Positions 59,844 to 62,289 of a stretch of 62,289 bases of DNA are shown here, one piece after another. The notes under the pieces are model-generated. The model worked only from the letters and a program-made list of their open reading frames with translations, had not been told where the DNA came from and searched no databases. Each line of letters opens with the position of its first letter. Within the stretch, counting starts at the first letter, position 1. The position numbers were made by a program, and so were the translations under genes. The DNA lies in NCBI GenBank assembly GCA_040752415.1, contig JBFMGU010000025.1, forward strand, positions 1-62,289. Reading direction: 5' to 3'. This DNA comes from Myxococcota bacterium. GTDB lineage: Bacteria; Myxococcota; JACRCW01.

Positions 59844-62289
<2,446 letters not shown>

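Overview
High-GC bacterial chromosomal segment, most consistent with Myxococcota: the tmRNA tag is ANDDVELALAA, there are Ser/Cys-rich lipoproteins and an AgmX/PglI-type TonB-C protein, and two-component genes are very dense. Housekeeping and metabolic genes include malic enzyme, pntAB, an OPT transporter, two GSDH-family proteins, an M20 amidohydrolase, a P450, a TreT-like glycosyltransferase, ssrA, a B12 acyl-CoA mutase large subunit with isobutyryl-CoA mutase signature residues, HtrA, an RlmM-like methyltransferase, trmFO and topA (truncated at the window edge). About 34.7-56.6 kb is a signalling island. Its best candidate for an undescribed system is a coupled operon of a PilZ-PilZ-(GNAT-like) protein, a SAM methyltransferase, a V4R-type double histidine kinase and a REC-kinase. 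The island also carries an intergenic GATC cluster (14 sites in 265 bp), an HD-GYP regulator, and a sigma54-promoter/FliA-like sigma/NtrC unit with no flagellar genes. Non-coding highlights: two large REPIN/MITE-like palindromes (7121-7527 and about 33009-33346, the latter with perfect 109-bp arms) and a leader peptide (MNIRR) with attenuator-like hairpins upstream of an ABC-F gene. No CRISPR array, integrase, transposase or phage gene was recognised. All assignments come from reading motifs by eye; no database searches were run.
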